DNA of 64,000 bases from Acidobacteriota bacterium (lineage in GTDB: Bacteria; Acidobacteriota; Vicinamibacteria; Vicinamibacterales; SCN-69-37), in NCBI GenBank assembly GCA_016716905.1, contig JADJUS010000003.1, positions 723,710-787,709 of the forward strand, written 5' to 3'. Positions 9,035-17,633 of the stretch are shown here, piece by piece. The first letter of the stretch is position 1. Each line of letters opens with the position of its first letter. The notes under the pieces are model-generated. The model worked only from the letters and a program-made list of their open reading frames with translations. It had not been told where the DNA came from and did no database searches. A program made the translations under genes and the position numbers.

Positions 9035-9969
9035 GCGAGACGACGTACGCGGAGATTCATCGCCGGCTGGCTGGTCTTGCGAACCCGGCGCAGGCCGCGT
9101 TCGCCCAGCGCTTTTTCAAGACGGGAAAAGGCGAGTATGGTGAAGGCGATCGCTTCCTCGGCATCCGGGTGCCCGTGATCCGGGCTGTCGTGCGGGCCTA
9201 TCCCGCGCCTCCACTGGCCACGGTGGTGAAACTGCTGAGGTCGCAGTGGCACGAAGAGCGCCTGCTGGCCGTGCTGATGCTCGTTCGCCTCTATGACAAG
9301 GGCGGGCCAGCGGAGCGCGAGGCGGTGTACCGGCTCTATCTGGACTCTCTCACGTTCATCAACAACTGGGACATCGTGGACTCGTCCGCTTCGCAGATCG
9401 TGGGGCGCCACCTTGCCGGTCGCGGACGATTCCCGTTGCTGCGCATGGCCAGGTCGCCTCACCTCTGGACGCGTCGCGTATCCGTCATCGCCACGGCGCA
9501 CGGCATTCGGCACGGCCACTTTGACGACATCCTCCTTCTGGCCTCGCGGCTGCTGGACGACAAGGAGGATCTCATTCACAAAGCGGTCGGCTGGATGCTG
9601 CGGGAAGTCGGCAAGCGTGATCGATCCGTGCTGGAAGACTTCCTCGACACCCACGCCGCGCGCATGCCGAGGACGATGCTGAGGTATGCGATTGAGAAAT
9701 TGCCGGCAGATCGGCGCCAGCGGTACATGAAAGACAAAACCCGCGGCCTTGAGGAACAGGCCGCGCTACGAGAGCAGCTGAACACTTCCTCAGTTCCTCC
9801 CAGTTCCCCAGTTCCCCAGTTCCCCAGTTCCCCTGGACTCTGGACCCTGGACTCTGGACTACTTGCGCCGTTGGCGGGCGCGCTCGAGGGCTTCGCGAAG
9901 CTTCGGTTCGAGGCCGCGGTCGGTGGGCTCGTAGTAGCGTCGGTGGGCGAGGGCGTCGGGGAGGCATGA
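9031..9969 (+). CDS. DNA alkylation repair protein (AlkD-like HEAT-repeat family) with a read-through C-terminal extension
   Basis: FFKTGKGEYGEGD-x-FLG, NNWDIVD, DLIHKAVGWMLRE-x-GKR, RTMLRYAIEK. The last ~75 aa run across a tandem-repeat array and antisense into rarA. Confidence 0.82.
   Translation: MSETTYAEIHRRLAGLANPAQAAFAQRFFKTGKGEYGEGDRFLGIRVPVIRAVVRAYPAPPLATVVKLLRSQWHEERLLAVLMLVRLYDKGGPAEREAVYRLYLDSLTFINNWDIVDSSASQIVGRHLAGRGRFPLLRMARSPHLWTRRVSVIATAHGIRHGHFDDILLLASRLLDDKEDLIHKAVGWMLREVGKRDRSVLEDFLDTHAARMPRTMLRYAIEKLPADRRQRYMKDKTRGLEEQAALREQLNTSSVPPSSPVPQFPSSPGLWTLDSGLLAPLAGALEGFAKLRFEAAVGGLVVASVGEGVGEA
9783..9860. repeat. Compound short tandem repeat: (CAGTTCCC)x4 plus 2 degenerate copies, then (CTGGAC[T/C])x4
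   Basis: Exact octamers at 9801, 9809, 9817, 9825; heptamers at 9833, 9840, 9847, 9854. The last heptamer overlaps the rarA stop. Confidence 0.92.
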
Positions 9970-11199
9970 CATGTCGGCCACGGCGTCGGGTTCGTCGTGC
10001 GCGTATTTGTAGTCCTTGCCGAAGTCGAGTTCCTTCATCAGCTTCGTCGGCGCGTTGCGCAGGTGCAGGGGCACGGGCGCGGCTTCGTCGCGCAACGCGT
10101 CCTTCGCCGCCCGGCCGTAGGCCAGATACACGGCGTTGCTCTTGGGTGAGGCGGCCATGTAGGTCACGAGTTGCGCCAACGCCGTGTTGCATTCGGGCAT
10201 GCCGAGAAAGTGCGTGGCGTCCTTGGCCGCGATGGCGAGTTGCAGCGCACGCGGGTCGGCGTTGCCGATGTCTTCCGACGCAAATCGCACCAGGCGCCGG
10301 GCAATGTACATCGGATCTTCTCCGGCCTCGAGCATGCGGGCCAGCCAGTAGAGGCCGGCGTCGGCGTCACTGTTGCGGATCGACTTATGCAGCGCGGAGA
10401 TGATGTTGTAGTGCTCATCTCCCGCCTTGTCGTAGAGCAGCGCTCGTCGTTCCACCAGATCGGTGAGGACCGCCAACTCCAGCCGGCGGCGCCCGTCGGC
10501 GTTGGGCTTGAGGGTGGCCGACACCTGCTCGAGCAGGTTCAGGGCCACGCGCGCGTCGCCGTTGGCGTACCGCGCAAGGGACGTCAGCGCATCCGGGTCG
10601 GCGTCCACATTCAGCGTTCCAAGTCCGCGGTCGGAGTCCGCCAGAGCCCGTTGGAGGATGAGCACCACCTGCTCGAGCGTCAGAGGCTGCAGGACGTAGA
10701 CCTTTGAGCGCGAGAGCAGCGCCGAGTTGACCTCGAAAGACGGATTCTCGGTGGTGGCGCCGATGAGCACCACAGTGCCCGATTCGATGTGCGGCAGGAA
10801 GGCATCCTGCTGGGCTTTGTTGAACCGGTGGATTTCGTCCACGAAAAAGATCGTGCGGCGGCCGTGGTGGCGTCGCGTATGTTCAGCGACCCCGATCACT
10901 TCCTTGATTTCCTTGATGCCGGCGGTGACGGCGCTGAATGCCGCGAACTCGGCGCCGCTGGCGGCGGCGATCACGCGCGCCAGCGTGGTCTTGCCTGTAC
11001 CTGGCGGTCCCCAGAGGATCAGCGAGTGCATCGCCCCGGCGTCAATGGCGCGTCGCAGGGGCTGGCCAGGGCCGACGAGCTGGTCCTGGCCCACGTACTC
11101 GTCGAGGGTGCGCGGACGCATACGTTCGGCCAGTGGGGTTCCCGCAAGCGTGGGCGTGTCAATGCCCGACGGTTCGTCTCCGAAGAGGGAGCGGGTCAT
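9859..11199 (-). CDS. rarA: Replication-associated recombination protein A (RarA/MgsA AAA+ ATPase)
   Basis: PLAERMRP, Walker A GPPGTGKTT, DEIHRFNKAQQD, GATTENP, SALHKSIR-x-SD, ASEDIGNADP, PKSNAVY. Start refined to the ATG overlapping the upstream stop (ATGA). Confidence 0.95.
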   Translation of the reverse strand: MTRSLFGDEPSGIDTPTLAGTPLAERMRPRTLDEYVGQDQLVGPGQPLRRAIDAGAMHSLILWGPPGTGKTTLARVIAAASGAEFAAFSAVTAGIKEIKEVIGVAEHTRRHHGRRTIFFVDEIHRFNKAQQDAFLPHIESGTVVLIGATTENPSFEVNSALLSRSKVYVLQPLTLEQVVLILQRALADSDRGLGTLNVDADPDALTSLARYANGDARVALNLLEQVSATLKPNADGRRRLELAVLTDLVERRALLYDKAGDEHYNIISALHKSIRNSDADAGLYWLARMLEAGEDPMYIARRLVRFASEDIGNADPRALQLAIAAKDATHFLGMPECNTALAQLVTYMAASPKSNAVYLAYGRAAKDALRDEAAPVPLHLRNAPTKLMKELDFGKDYKYAHDEPDAVADMSCLPDALAHRRYYEPTDRGLEPKLREALERARQRRK

Positions 11200-12002
11200 C
11201 GGCTGTTCCGCTGCAGGCGCGCCTCGTACAACAGCAGCGCAGACGAGACGGCCACGTTGAACGAGTTGATACCGGGGCGCATCGCGATGCTGATCTGAAT
11301 GTCGGCGGCTTTGAGGGCCTGGCCGGGGAGCCCCGCGCCTTCGTTGCCAAGCAGCAGGAACACCGGGCCGGTCAGGTCTACAGCGTGCAGGTCGGTGGTC
11401 CCGGGAGCAGGCGCCGTGGTTGCCGCGATTGTTGCCCCGGCGGCGCGTGCGGCCCGCAAGCTCTCCCCGATCGACGCCCGGGCCACCGGTACACGAAATG
11501 TGCTGCCCATCGCGCCCCGCAAGGACTTGGCTGACCCGGGATCGGCCGTGGCGCCAATCATGGCCACGCCGGTGGCGCCCAGACCGTCTGCCGACCGAAT
11601 CACCGCGCCGGCATTGCCGGGGTCCTGCACGTCCACCAATCCGATCACGAGTGCTGGCGCGGGCGTCCACAGCGCTGCCAGCGGCGCCGGCGACCATCGG
11701 GCGATCGCCACAACGCCGCTCGGTGTGCGCACAGGGCTGGCGGCTTCAATGACGCCCGTGGTGGCTTCATGAACGGGCACGTCCGCGGCCCGCGCCAGTT
11801 CCCAGGCTTCCACCACGTCCATGGATGCATCAGCCAGGAGGTCGCTCGTGGCCAGCACGATCTCGACGGGCACGCCCGCCCTGAGCGCATCCAGCAGGAG
11901 GTGCACTCCGTCGATCACCACAGCCCCATCGTCGGCCGCACCCTTTGCGACATCGCGGAAGCGCGTCACGATGGCGTCCTGGCGACGTGTGATGCGGGGC
12001 AC
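11196..12002 (-). CDS. TrmH/SpoU-family RNA 2'-O-methyltransferase
   Basis: VQDPGN-x-GA-x-x-RS, GAMGS, LLGNEG-x-GL, SFNVAVS (SPOUT motifs). Start uncertain (GTG at 12002 chosen). Confidence 0.88.
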   Translation of the reverse strand: MPRITRRQDAIVTRFRDVAKGAADDGAVVIDGVHLLLDALRAGVPVEIVLATSDLLADASMDVVEAWELARAADVPVHEATTGVIEAASPVRTPSGVVAIARWSPAPLAALWTPAPALVIGLVDVQDPGNAGAVIRSADGLGATGVAMIGATADPGSAKSLRGAMGSTFRVPVARASIGESLRAARAAGATIAATTAPAPGTTDLHAVDLTGPVFLLLGNEGAGLPGQALKAADIQISIAMRPGINSFNVAVSSALLLYEARLQRNSR

Positions 12003-12088
12003 ACGACATGGTACCCCTTCGGCTCCACGGTTATCGAGTCGCTCAGGGCTAACCCTGCGCGCGCCTTCCGGGTTAAACTTTTCGCACA

Positions 12089-12553
12089 ATGAAAGCCCGT
12101 CTGATCAAGCGGTTCGAGGGGGAGATCGCGGTCCTCGATCGCGAGTTGGTGCACGACCTGCCGAGGGAGATTCAGCGCGCGCGCGAGCTGGGCGACCTGC
12201 GCGAAAACGCGGAGTACTCGGCGGCCAAGGAGCGTCAGCGGTTCGTGGAGTCGCGGATTTCGATGCTGCGCAAACGCCTCTCGGAACTGCAGCTGCTCAA
12301 CATGGACAAGATTCCGACCGACCGCGCCGGCTTTGGGTCGAAGGTCACTGTCATTGAGAACGGCAAGCAGATGGTCTTTGAGCTGGTGATGCCCGAGGAC
12401 GCGGACCCGGACAAGGGATTCATTTCCGTGGCGTCGCCGATCGGCCGCGCATTCGTCGGCAAGGAAGAGGGCGACTCAATCAAAGTCTCCATCCCCTCCG
12501 GTAGCCGGAACTTCGACATCGTCAAGCTCGTGACCATTCACGACGAAGAGTAA
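12089..12553 (+). CDS. greA: GreA/GreB-family transcription elongation factor
   Basis: RELGDLRENAEY, ISVASPIGRA, FGSKV. Confidence 0.9.
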   Translation: MKARLIKRFEGEIAVLDRELVHDLPREIQRARELGDLRENAEYSAAKERQRFVESRISMLRKRLSELQLLNMDKIPTDRAGFGSKVTVIENGKQMVFELVMPEDADPDKGFISVASPIGRAFVGKEEGDSIKVSIPSGSRNFDIVKLVTIHDEE

Positions 12554-12560
12554 CGGCCGC

Positions 12561-13961
12561 GTGGCTCTGTCTTCATACGCCCCCCGCCTGCGCACTGCAG
12601 TGGTGCTGTGCGGAGCAGGCACCGCAGGGGCGTATCACGCGGGTGTTCTTCGCGCGCTTGTGGACGCGGGCGTGAAGATCGATCTCCTGGCTGCCCACGG
12701 CGCGGGAGGCATCGGCGCCGTGAGCGGCGCCGCCGACGGCGTCGCAGACCTGTCATCGCCCACCAGTCCGTGGGCCTCGGTTCGCATGAGGCGCGCGTAT
12801 CGATGGCGGGCGGCCCTGCGTCTGGCTGGTTGGGGAGCGCTGGTGGCCGTGGCCCTGCTGCTCGCGCCGCTGGTCGTGATTATCCTGGCCTCAGGCGTCT
12901 ATGTGGTCAGTGTGGTGGCCTCTCTCGCCAATTTTCCCTCAATCGCCGCGTCGCTGGTGGGCTGGTACCAGAGGGCATTGGGCGCGATGTTCGATCCGCC
13001 CATCCTGCCCACCGTCATGCCGCGGGCCGTCGTGGCCGCGGTGCTGGTGGTGGCGGGTGTATTTCTTGTCGCCGCCCTCCGGGCTCGCCGGGGCGAGCGC
13101 ACACGCCGCCGCGCCCGGGGCGCGTTCTGGTGGCGGCTGATCGGACATCCACTTGATCCGGGTGAGCCTGAGGGTGTCGTCAAAGACGCGGTGTGGCGCA
13201 TCACTCGCGGCGCCGCCGACAAATCCCGGGCCGATATGGGCCGCCGATACGTGGAGTTGTTGACCGAGAACTTCGGCCAGCCCGGCTTTCACGAAGTGAT
13301 GCTCGCCGTGCACGACCTGGACGCCCGGCGTGACATCGTGGCCGCCGTACTGGCACCGCAATGGCATCAAGCGTTCGGTCAGCGTCGTGTGGGCGCGGGG
13401 CCGCGCGAAGCAGAGAGTGTGAATCTGGTTGAAGGCCGCGAACACGATAGTGGTCTTGTCGTGGACTTCGTGGTGGGTGGGCTGAGGCTGCCCGTGGCGT
13501 CAGCGCCGCACGAGGTGACGTTTCCCGACAAGGGGTATTGGCAGGGGGAAACGCACCGGTGGTGCGATCGACCCGAACTGGTGAGCCGGTTGGTTGACGA
13601 GGTCGCGCGCGTTGGCGTGGAGCAGGTGATTCTTGTCAGCCCTGCGCCGCCGGCGGCCACGCCGCATGACCTGCGCTTCAGGGCGTTGGACCTGCGCTCA
13701 CGAATGGGTGAGACGCTGCGCTCGGTGGAAACCGCAGCGTTCCAGGATGCCTGGGCGTTAGCCGCCAATCGGTTCTCAGGCGTGTTTGCCATCCGTCCTG
13801 CGCACAATCCCACGGGCCCTTTTGATTTTGGCGGCGTCTACGACGAGGCCTCGGACCGCATGCGCACGCTGCCCGAACTGGTCCAACTAGGCCATGACGA
13901 CGCGTATCGGCAGTTTATTGAGCCCGTGGTGGCTGCAGGCGAACGCGTCGAGGATATTTGA
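12561..13961 (+). CDS. Patatin-like membrane protein with degenerate catalytic motifs
   Basis: Patatin-like N-terminus (VVLCGAG-x-AGAYHAGVL-x-AL) followed by 2-3 TM segments; AHGAG replaces G-x-S-x-G. Confidence 0.65.
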   Translation: MALSSYAPRLRTAVVLCGAGTAGAYHAGVLRALVDAGVKIDLLAAHGAGGIGAVSGAADGVADLSSPTSPWASVRMRRAYRWRAALRLAGWGALVAVALLLAPLVVIILASGVYVVSVVASLANFPSIAASLVGWYQRALGAMFDPPILPTVMPRAVVAAVLVVAGVFLVAALRARRGERTRRRARGAFWWRLIGHPLDPGEPEGVVKDAVWRITRGAADKSRADMGRRYVELLTENFGQPGFHEVMLAVHDLDARRDIVAAVLAPQWHQAFGQRRVGAGPREAESVNLVEGREHDSGLVVDFVVGGLRLPVASAPHEVTFPDKGYWQGETHRWCDRPELVSRLVDEVARVGVEQVILVSPAPPAATPHDLRFRALDLRSRMGETLRSVETAAFQDAWALAANRFSGVFAIRPAHNPTGPFDFGGVYDEASDRMRTLPELVQLGHDDAYRQFIEPVVAAGERVEDI

Positions 13962-13962
13962 G

Positions 13963-15135
13963 ATGACAAAACGGCACCCGGACACGGAACTGGTTCACGC
14001 AGGCGAGGGAGTCACGAGCACTGCGACGCCCGTCACCACTCCCATCTATTCGTCGAGCACGTTCAGGTTTACGTCGGCGGCGGAACTCGAGGCCTACCAG
14101 CAGGGACGGTCGAAGTCGTTCATCTATTCGAGATACGCAAACCCGACGGTCATGGCGGTTGAGGCCAAGCTGGCCGCCGTCGAGGGCGGCGAAGCGGCCA
14201 TGGTGTTGTCGTCGGGTATGGCGGCCACCTCGACGGCGTTGTTCGGACTCCTCCGGTCGGGTGACGAGGTCATCTGCAGCGCGGCGATCTATGGCGGCAC
14301 GCTGCAGGTGTTGTCGTCGTTCCTGGATCGGTTTGGTGTGCGGGCGCGTTTCGTCTCGATGGAGCAGCTGGGCTCGGTGGGATCACTCATCGGGCCAACG
14401 ACGAAGGTGGTCTGGTTCGAGTCGCCGACCAATCCCACACTCCGATGCGCCGACATCGCAGCCGTGACCTCGGCTTGCCGCGCGAAAGGGGTGGTGTCCA
14501 TCGTAGACAACACGTTCGCGAGTCCGGTCAATCAGCAACCGTTGGCGCTCGGAGCCGACCTCGTGATGCACTCCGCGACGAAGTATCTGAACGGCCACTC
14601 GGATGTGACGGCCGGGGCGCTCGTCGGCTCGAAGGCGCTGATCGATCGCGTGATGCCGGCGCGCAAGTTGCTGGGCGGAGTGCTGGAGCCGGCGTCGGCC
14701 TACGCGCTCGGTCGTGGCATGAAGACACTGGGCGTCCGCATCGCGCGGCACAATACCAACGCGCTGACCATCGCACGCTGGCTCGAAACGCACCCAGGTG
14801 TGTCACGCGTGTTTTATCCCGGATTGGAATCACACCCCGACCACGACATCGCACGCAGGCAGATGCGCGGATTCGGCGGGATGGTGTGTTTTGAGTGCCG
14901 CGACGGGCAGGACGGCGCCGTACGTTTCTTCGATCGCATCGCGCTGGTCCAACGTGCGGCGAGTCTCGGCGGCGTGGAAAGCCTCTGCAGCCTCCCCGTG
15001 CTCACATCGCAGTACGGCTTGTCTGACGATCAACTCGCCGAAGCCGGCGTCACACGCGGCATGGTGCGCCTCTCGGTGGGGCTCGAGGATTCGGAAGACC
15101 TCATCGGGGACCTTCGGCAGGCCTTGGGAACTTAG
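13963..15135 (+). CDS. PLP-dependent trans-sulfuration enzyme (cystathionine gamma-synthase/lyase or methionine gamma-lyase family)
   Basis: YSRYANPT, SGMAA, ESPTNP, DNTFASP, SATKYLNGHSD (PLP Lys), SLGGVESL, RLSVGLED. Confidence 0.92.
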   Translation: MTKRHPDTELVHAGEGVTSTATPVTTPIYSSSTFRFTSAAELEAYQQGRSKSFIYSRYANPTVMAVEAKLAAVEGGEAAMVLSSGMAATSTALFGLLRSGDEVICSAAIYGGTLQVLSSFLDRFGVRARFVSMEQLGSVGSLIGPTTKVVWFESPTNPTLRCADIAAVTSACRAKGVVSIVDNTFASPVNQQPLALGADLVMHSATKYLNGHSDVTAGALVGSKALIDRVMPARKLLGGVLEPASAYALGRGMKTLGVRIARHNTNALTIARWLETHPGVSRVFYPGLESHPDHDIARRQMRGFGGMVCFECRDGQDGAVRFFDRIALVQRAASLGGVESLCSLPVLTSQYGLSDDQLAEAGVTRGMVRLSVGLEDSEDLIGDLRQALGT

Positions 15136-15198
15136 GAAGTTAGGAACTGAGGAACTGAGGAAGTTAGGAACTGATCAGTCCCCCAGTTCCTCACTTCA
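15127..15198. repeat. Octamer array GGAA[C/G]T[G/T]A x6 followed by 3 inverted copies, spanning both convergent stop codons
   Basis: Units at 15127, 15135, 15143, 15151, 15159, 15167; inverted units at 15175, 15183, 15191. Confidence 0.9.
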
Positions 15199-16630
15199 CC
15201 ACTTTTTCAGTGGGTTTCTTCTCCGCCGCGTGGGTGTCCGCCAGGAACTCTTCTGCGAGTTCGCCGATGCGGGCGGCGATGCCGATGCCCGACAGGTCGC
15301 CGAACTTCGCGCGAAAGCGCTCAGCCGGCACCACGGCCTTGGCGAGTGCCCGATGGCCGCCGGCTGACCCGATGTCGCCGAAGCACTCCTTCACAAACTC
15401 ACCGGCGTTGCGCGAGTAGCCCAGGTTGCGCACGCTCACGATGAAATGGCCGCCGACGATGCCCGAGACGATGACCCACTTGACGCCTTCCACCTGGAGC
15501 AGGAAGTCGGCCGTGTAGGGGATGAAGTCTTCGCGTGTGGTCTCGCCCAGGAACGCCGAGAGGATCTGGTGCTTCAGGCGGCTGGTCGCAAGCGCGCGCG
15601 TGACGTGTTCCAGGCGCTCCAGCGTGATTTCAGCGCCCTCCATCTTGCGAATGAGCGCGGCGTCGGCCAGCGGAAACAGGAACGTGAACGCATCCAGGTC
15701 GGACCGGTTGGTGTGCCGCGCGAAAAACAGGGTGTCGGACTTGATCGCGTAGAGCATGGCTGTGGCCGTGCGCTCCGAGATGCTCACGTCCACCGCGCGC
15801 AGATGTTCGGTCAGGATGGTGCAGGTCGATCCGTATTCGGGACGGATGTCCTTGAACACGGCCGTGTAGCCCGCCTGCTCGGGATGATGGTCCACCACCA
15901 AATCCACGCGCGGCAGCAGGCCGTGAAAGTAATGGGGCTGCACGTCCACGGTGGCGATGCGATCGAACGACGCAAACTCGTCGGCCGTGATCGTCTCGAT
16001 GTGGATGTCGAGCAGGTCCACCATCCGCAGATTTTCCGGACGCGTCACGCCCTGCATCGCGCCGATGATGGCCGTGGCACGGGTGCGCCGCAGCAGGTTG
16101 CGCAGCGCCAGGCCCGCCGCCATCGCGTCGGGATCGGGTTCGTTGTGCAGGAGGATCAACACACGGTCGGCGTCTGCGAAGTACCGCTGGTACTGTTGCA
16201 CCCGCGCGCGCGTCAGGGCCCGGTCCAGTTCCGTGAGCAACGCCCCCGAGAGCAGCTCGGCCATGTCGAGATGTGTCAGCTCAGGCACCAGCGCCTTCAG
16301 CTCATCGCGATTCTTTCGAGCCGAAGGGCTCGTGCCTGCGTGCAGCACGTACAACAGGCTGCCGCCGGCATCGCGAATGGCCGTGACCACGCGCTTCAGG
16401 CTGCGTTTGCCGTTGTCTTCGACGATGACGCAGGTGGAAGGGGAGAGGTCGGCGCGCAGGTAGGAGTCCACGCGCTTGGGGTCGCCCACGCTCGCCGCGA
16501 TCTGGTCATCAACGAGACGTCGGGCGAGCGGGCGGCTTTCGACCAGAAACTCGATGTCGAAGGTGCCCGACAGGACTTGATGCAGCGTCCTGATAGTTAA
16601 CTCGTCCTGGCAGACGGCCAAGGCTCTCAT
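15191..16630 (-). CDS. DHH/DHHA1-family phosphoesterase (NrnA/c-di-NMP phosphodiesterase-like) with an extra N-terminal domain
   Basis: HNEPDPDAMA, VDVQP, VDHHP, GSTCTI, IKSDT, GSAGGH; ~150-aa N-terminal extension. Confidence 0.85.
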   Translation of the reverse strand: MRALAVCQDELTIRTLHQVLSGTFDIEFLVESRPLARRLVDDQIAASVGDPKRVDSYLRADLSPSTCVIVEDNGKRSLKRVVTAIRDAGGSLLYVLHAGTSPSARKNRDELKALVPELTHLDMAELLSGALLTELDRALTRARVQQYQRYFADADRVLILLHNEPDPDAMAAGLALRNLLRRTRATAIIGAMQGVTRPENLRMVDLLDIHIETITADEFASFDRIATVDVQPHYFHGLLPRVDLVVDHHPEQAGYTAVFKDIRPEYGSTCTILTEHLRAVDVSISERTATAMLYAIKSDTLFFARHTNRSDLDAFTFLFPLADAALIRKMEGAEITLERLEHVTRALATSRLKHQILSAFLGETTREDFIPYTADFLLQVEGVKWVIVSGIVGGHFIVSVRNLGYSRNAGEFVKECFGDIGSAGGHRALAKAVVPAERFRAKFGDLSGIGIAARIGELAEEFLADTHAAEKKPTEKVVK

Positions 16631-16639
16631 GCAGACTCC

Positions 16640-16649
16640 CATTATAATG
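16640..16649. promoter_or_regulatory. Palindromic CATTATAATG giving a TATAAT -10 box on both strands of a divergent gene pair
   Basis: Perfect palindrome in a 26-bp gap; the hexamer ends 8 nt before the + ATG (16657) and 10 nt before the - ATG (16630). Confidence 0.55.
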
Positions 16650-16656
16650 CGCCCAG

Positions 16657-17556
16657 ATGGCTGCCCTCCGTCTCGTCATTGTGCTGGCGCTCTTCGCGGC
16701 GGCCGTGCTGGACGCCCGCCAGCAGACATTCCGCACATCTGCGGACGTGGTCGTACTCCCCGTGACCGTGGTTGGGAAGGGAAACACCCTGGTTCGCGCC
16801 CTGACCCGGGACGACTTCGAGGTCTTTGAGGACGGCAAACGCCAGGAACTGACGTTTTTCAACGAAGGCGCTGGCGGAACGGGGCTTCCGCTGCATCTCG
16901 GCCTTCTGCTTGATACCTCAAGCAGCATGGATCGCGATCTGGCGGCGGCGGTGTCGGCCGCCATCAGGTTCGTGAACGCCGTGGACGAGTCCGTGGACGT
17001 GACGTTTGTGGATTTCGCCACCGAGGTGCGGGTCTCACGGTTTTCACCGCCCAGTTACGCGCACCTGTTCGAGCGGATGCGGTCGAACAAGGCCGAAGGC
17101 GCGACGGCACTGTATGACGCGCTGGGGTTATATCTGACAGCCGCTGAACAGCAGGATGGACAGAAGGTGTTGCTGCTCTACACCGACGGTGAAGACTCCA
17201 CCAGCAGCCTTGGATACGGTCGCATGATCGAAATGCTGCGCCTGAGCGACGTGATGGTGTACGCCATTGGCTATGTCGACAGCCTGCGGGGGAGTCGCGG
17301 CACCGCGCAGTTGCGGCTGAACGACCTGGCCCACCAAACCGGCGGCGAAGCGTTTTTCCCGATGGACCGCAAGCAACTGGATGAGATTTACGCGAAGATC
17401 CAGGAAGAGATCGCCTCGCGCTACTCCCTGGGCTTTATCTCCACCAACCGGGCCGCTGATGGCAAGTGGCGGAAGGTCGAGGTTCGGGTGACCGCGCCGT
17501 CCGGCAAGGGGGCCAAGGTCCGCACCCGCCCCGGCTATTTCGCGCCTGCCCGATAG
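16657..17556 (+). CDS. Secreted VWA-domain protein (Acidobacterial VWFA-related type)
   Basis: Signal peptide, TFR-x-x-x-DVV, MIDAS DTSSSM, TALYDA, TDGED, TGGEAF, C-terminal RTRPGYF. Confidence 0.85.
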   Translation: MAALRLVIVLALFAAAVLDARQQTFRTSADVVVLPVTVVGKGNTLVRALTRDDFEVFEDGKRQELTFFNEGAGGTGLPLHLGLLLDTSSSMDRDLAAAVSAAIRFVNAVDESVDVTFVDFATEVRVSRFSPPSYAHLFERMRSNKAEGATALYDALGLYLTAAEQQDGQKVLLLYTDGEDSTSSLGYGRMIEMLRLSDVMVYAIGYVDSLRGSRGTAQLRLNDLAHQTGGEAFFPMDRKQLDEIYAKIQEEIASRYSLGFISTNRAADGKWRKVEVRVTAPSGKGAKVRTRPGYFAPAR

Positions 17557-17633
17557 GCCGCCCGGGCCTGTGCCGGATTGGACGTTCCTATTACGGCCGC
17601 GTAGTACCATGGGGAGTTTAGACCCCACCTTTT

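Noticed and set aside
9859-12089. 612-aa rarA and 297-aa TrmH as called by the ORF track
   Set aside because: The upstream extensions overlap neighbouring genes and lack homology; an ATGA overlap at 11196-11199 gives the normal-length RarA.
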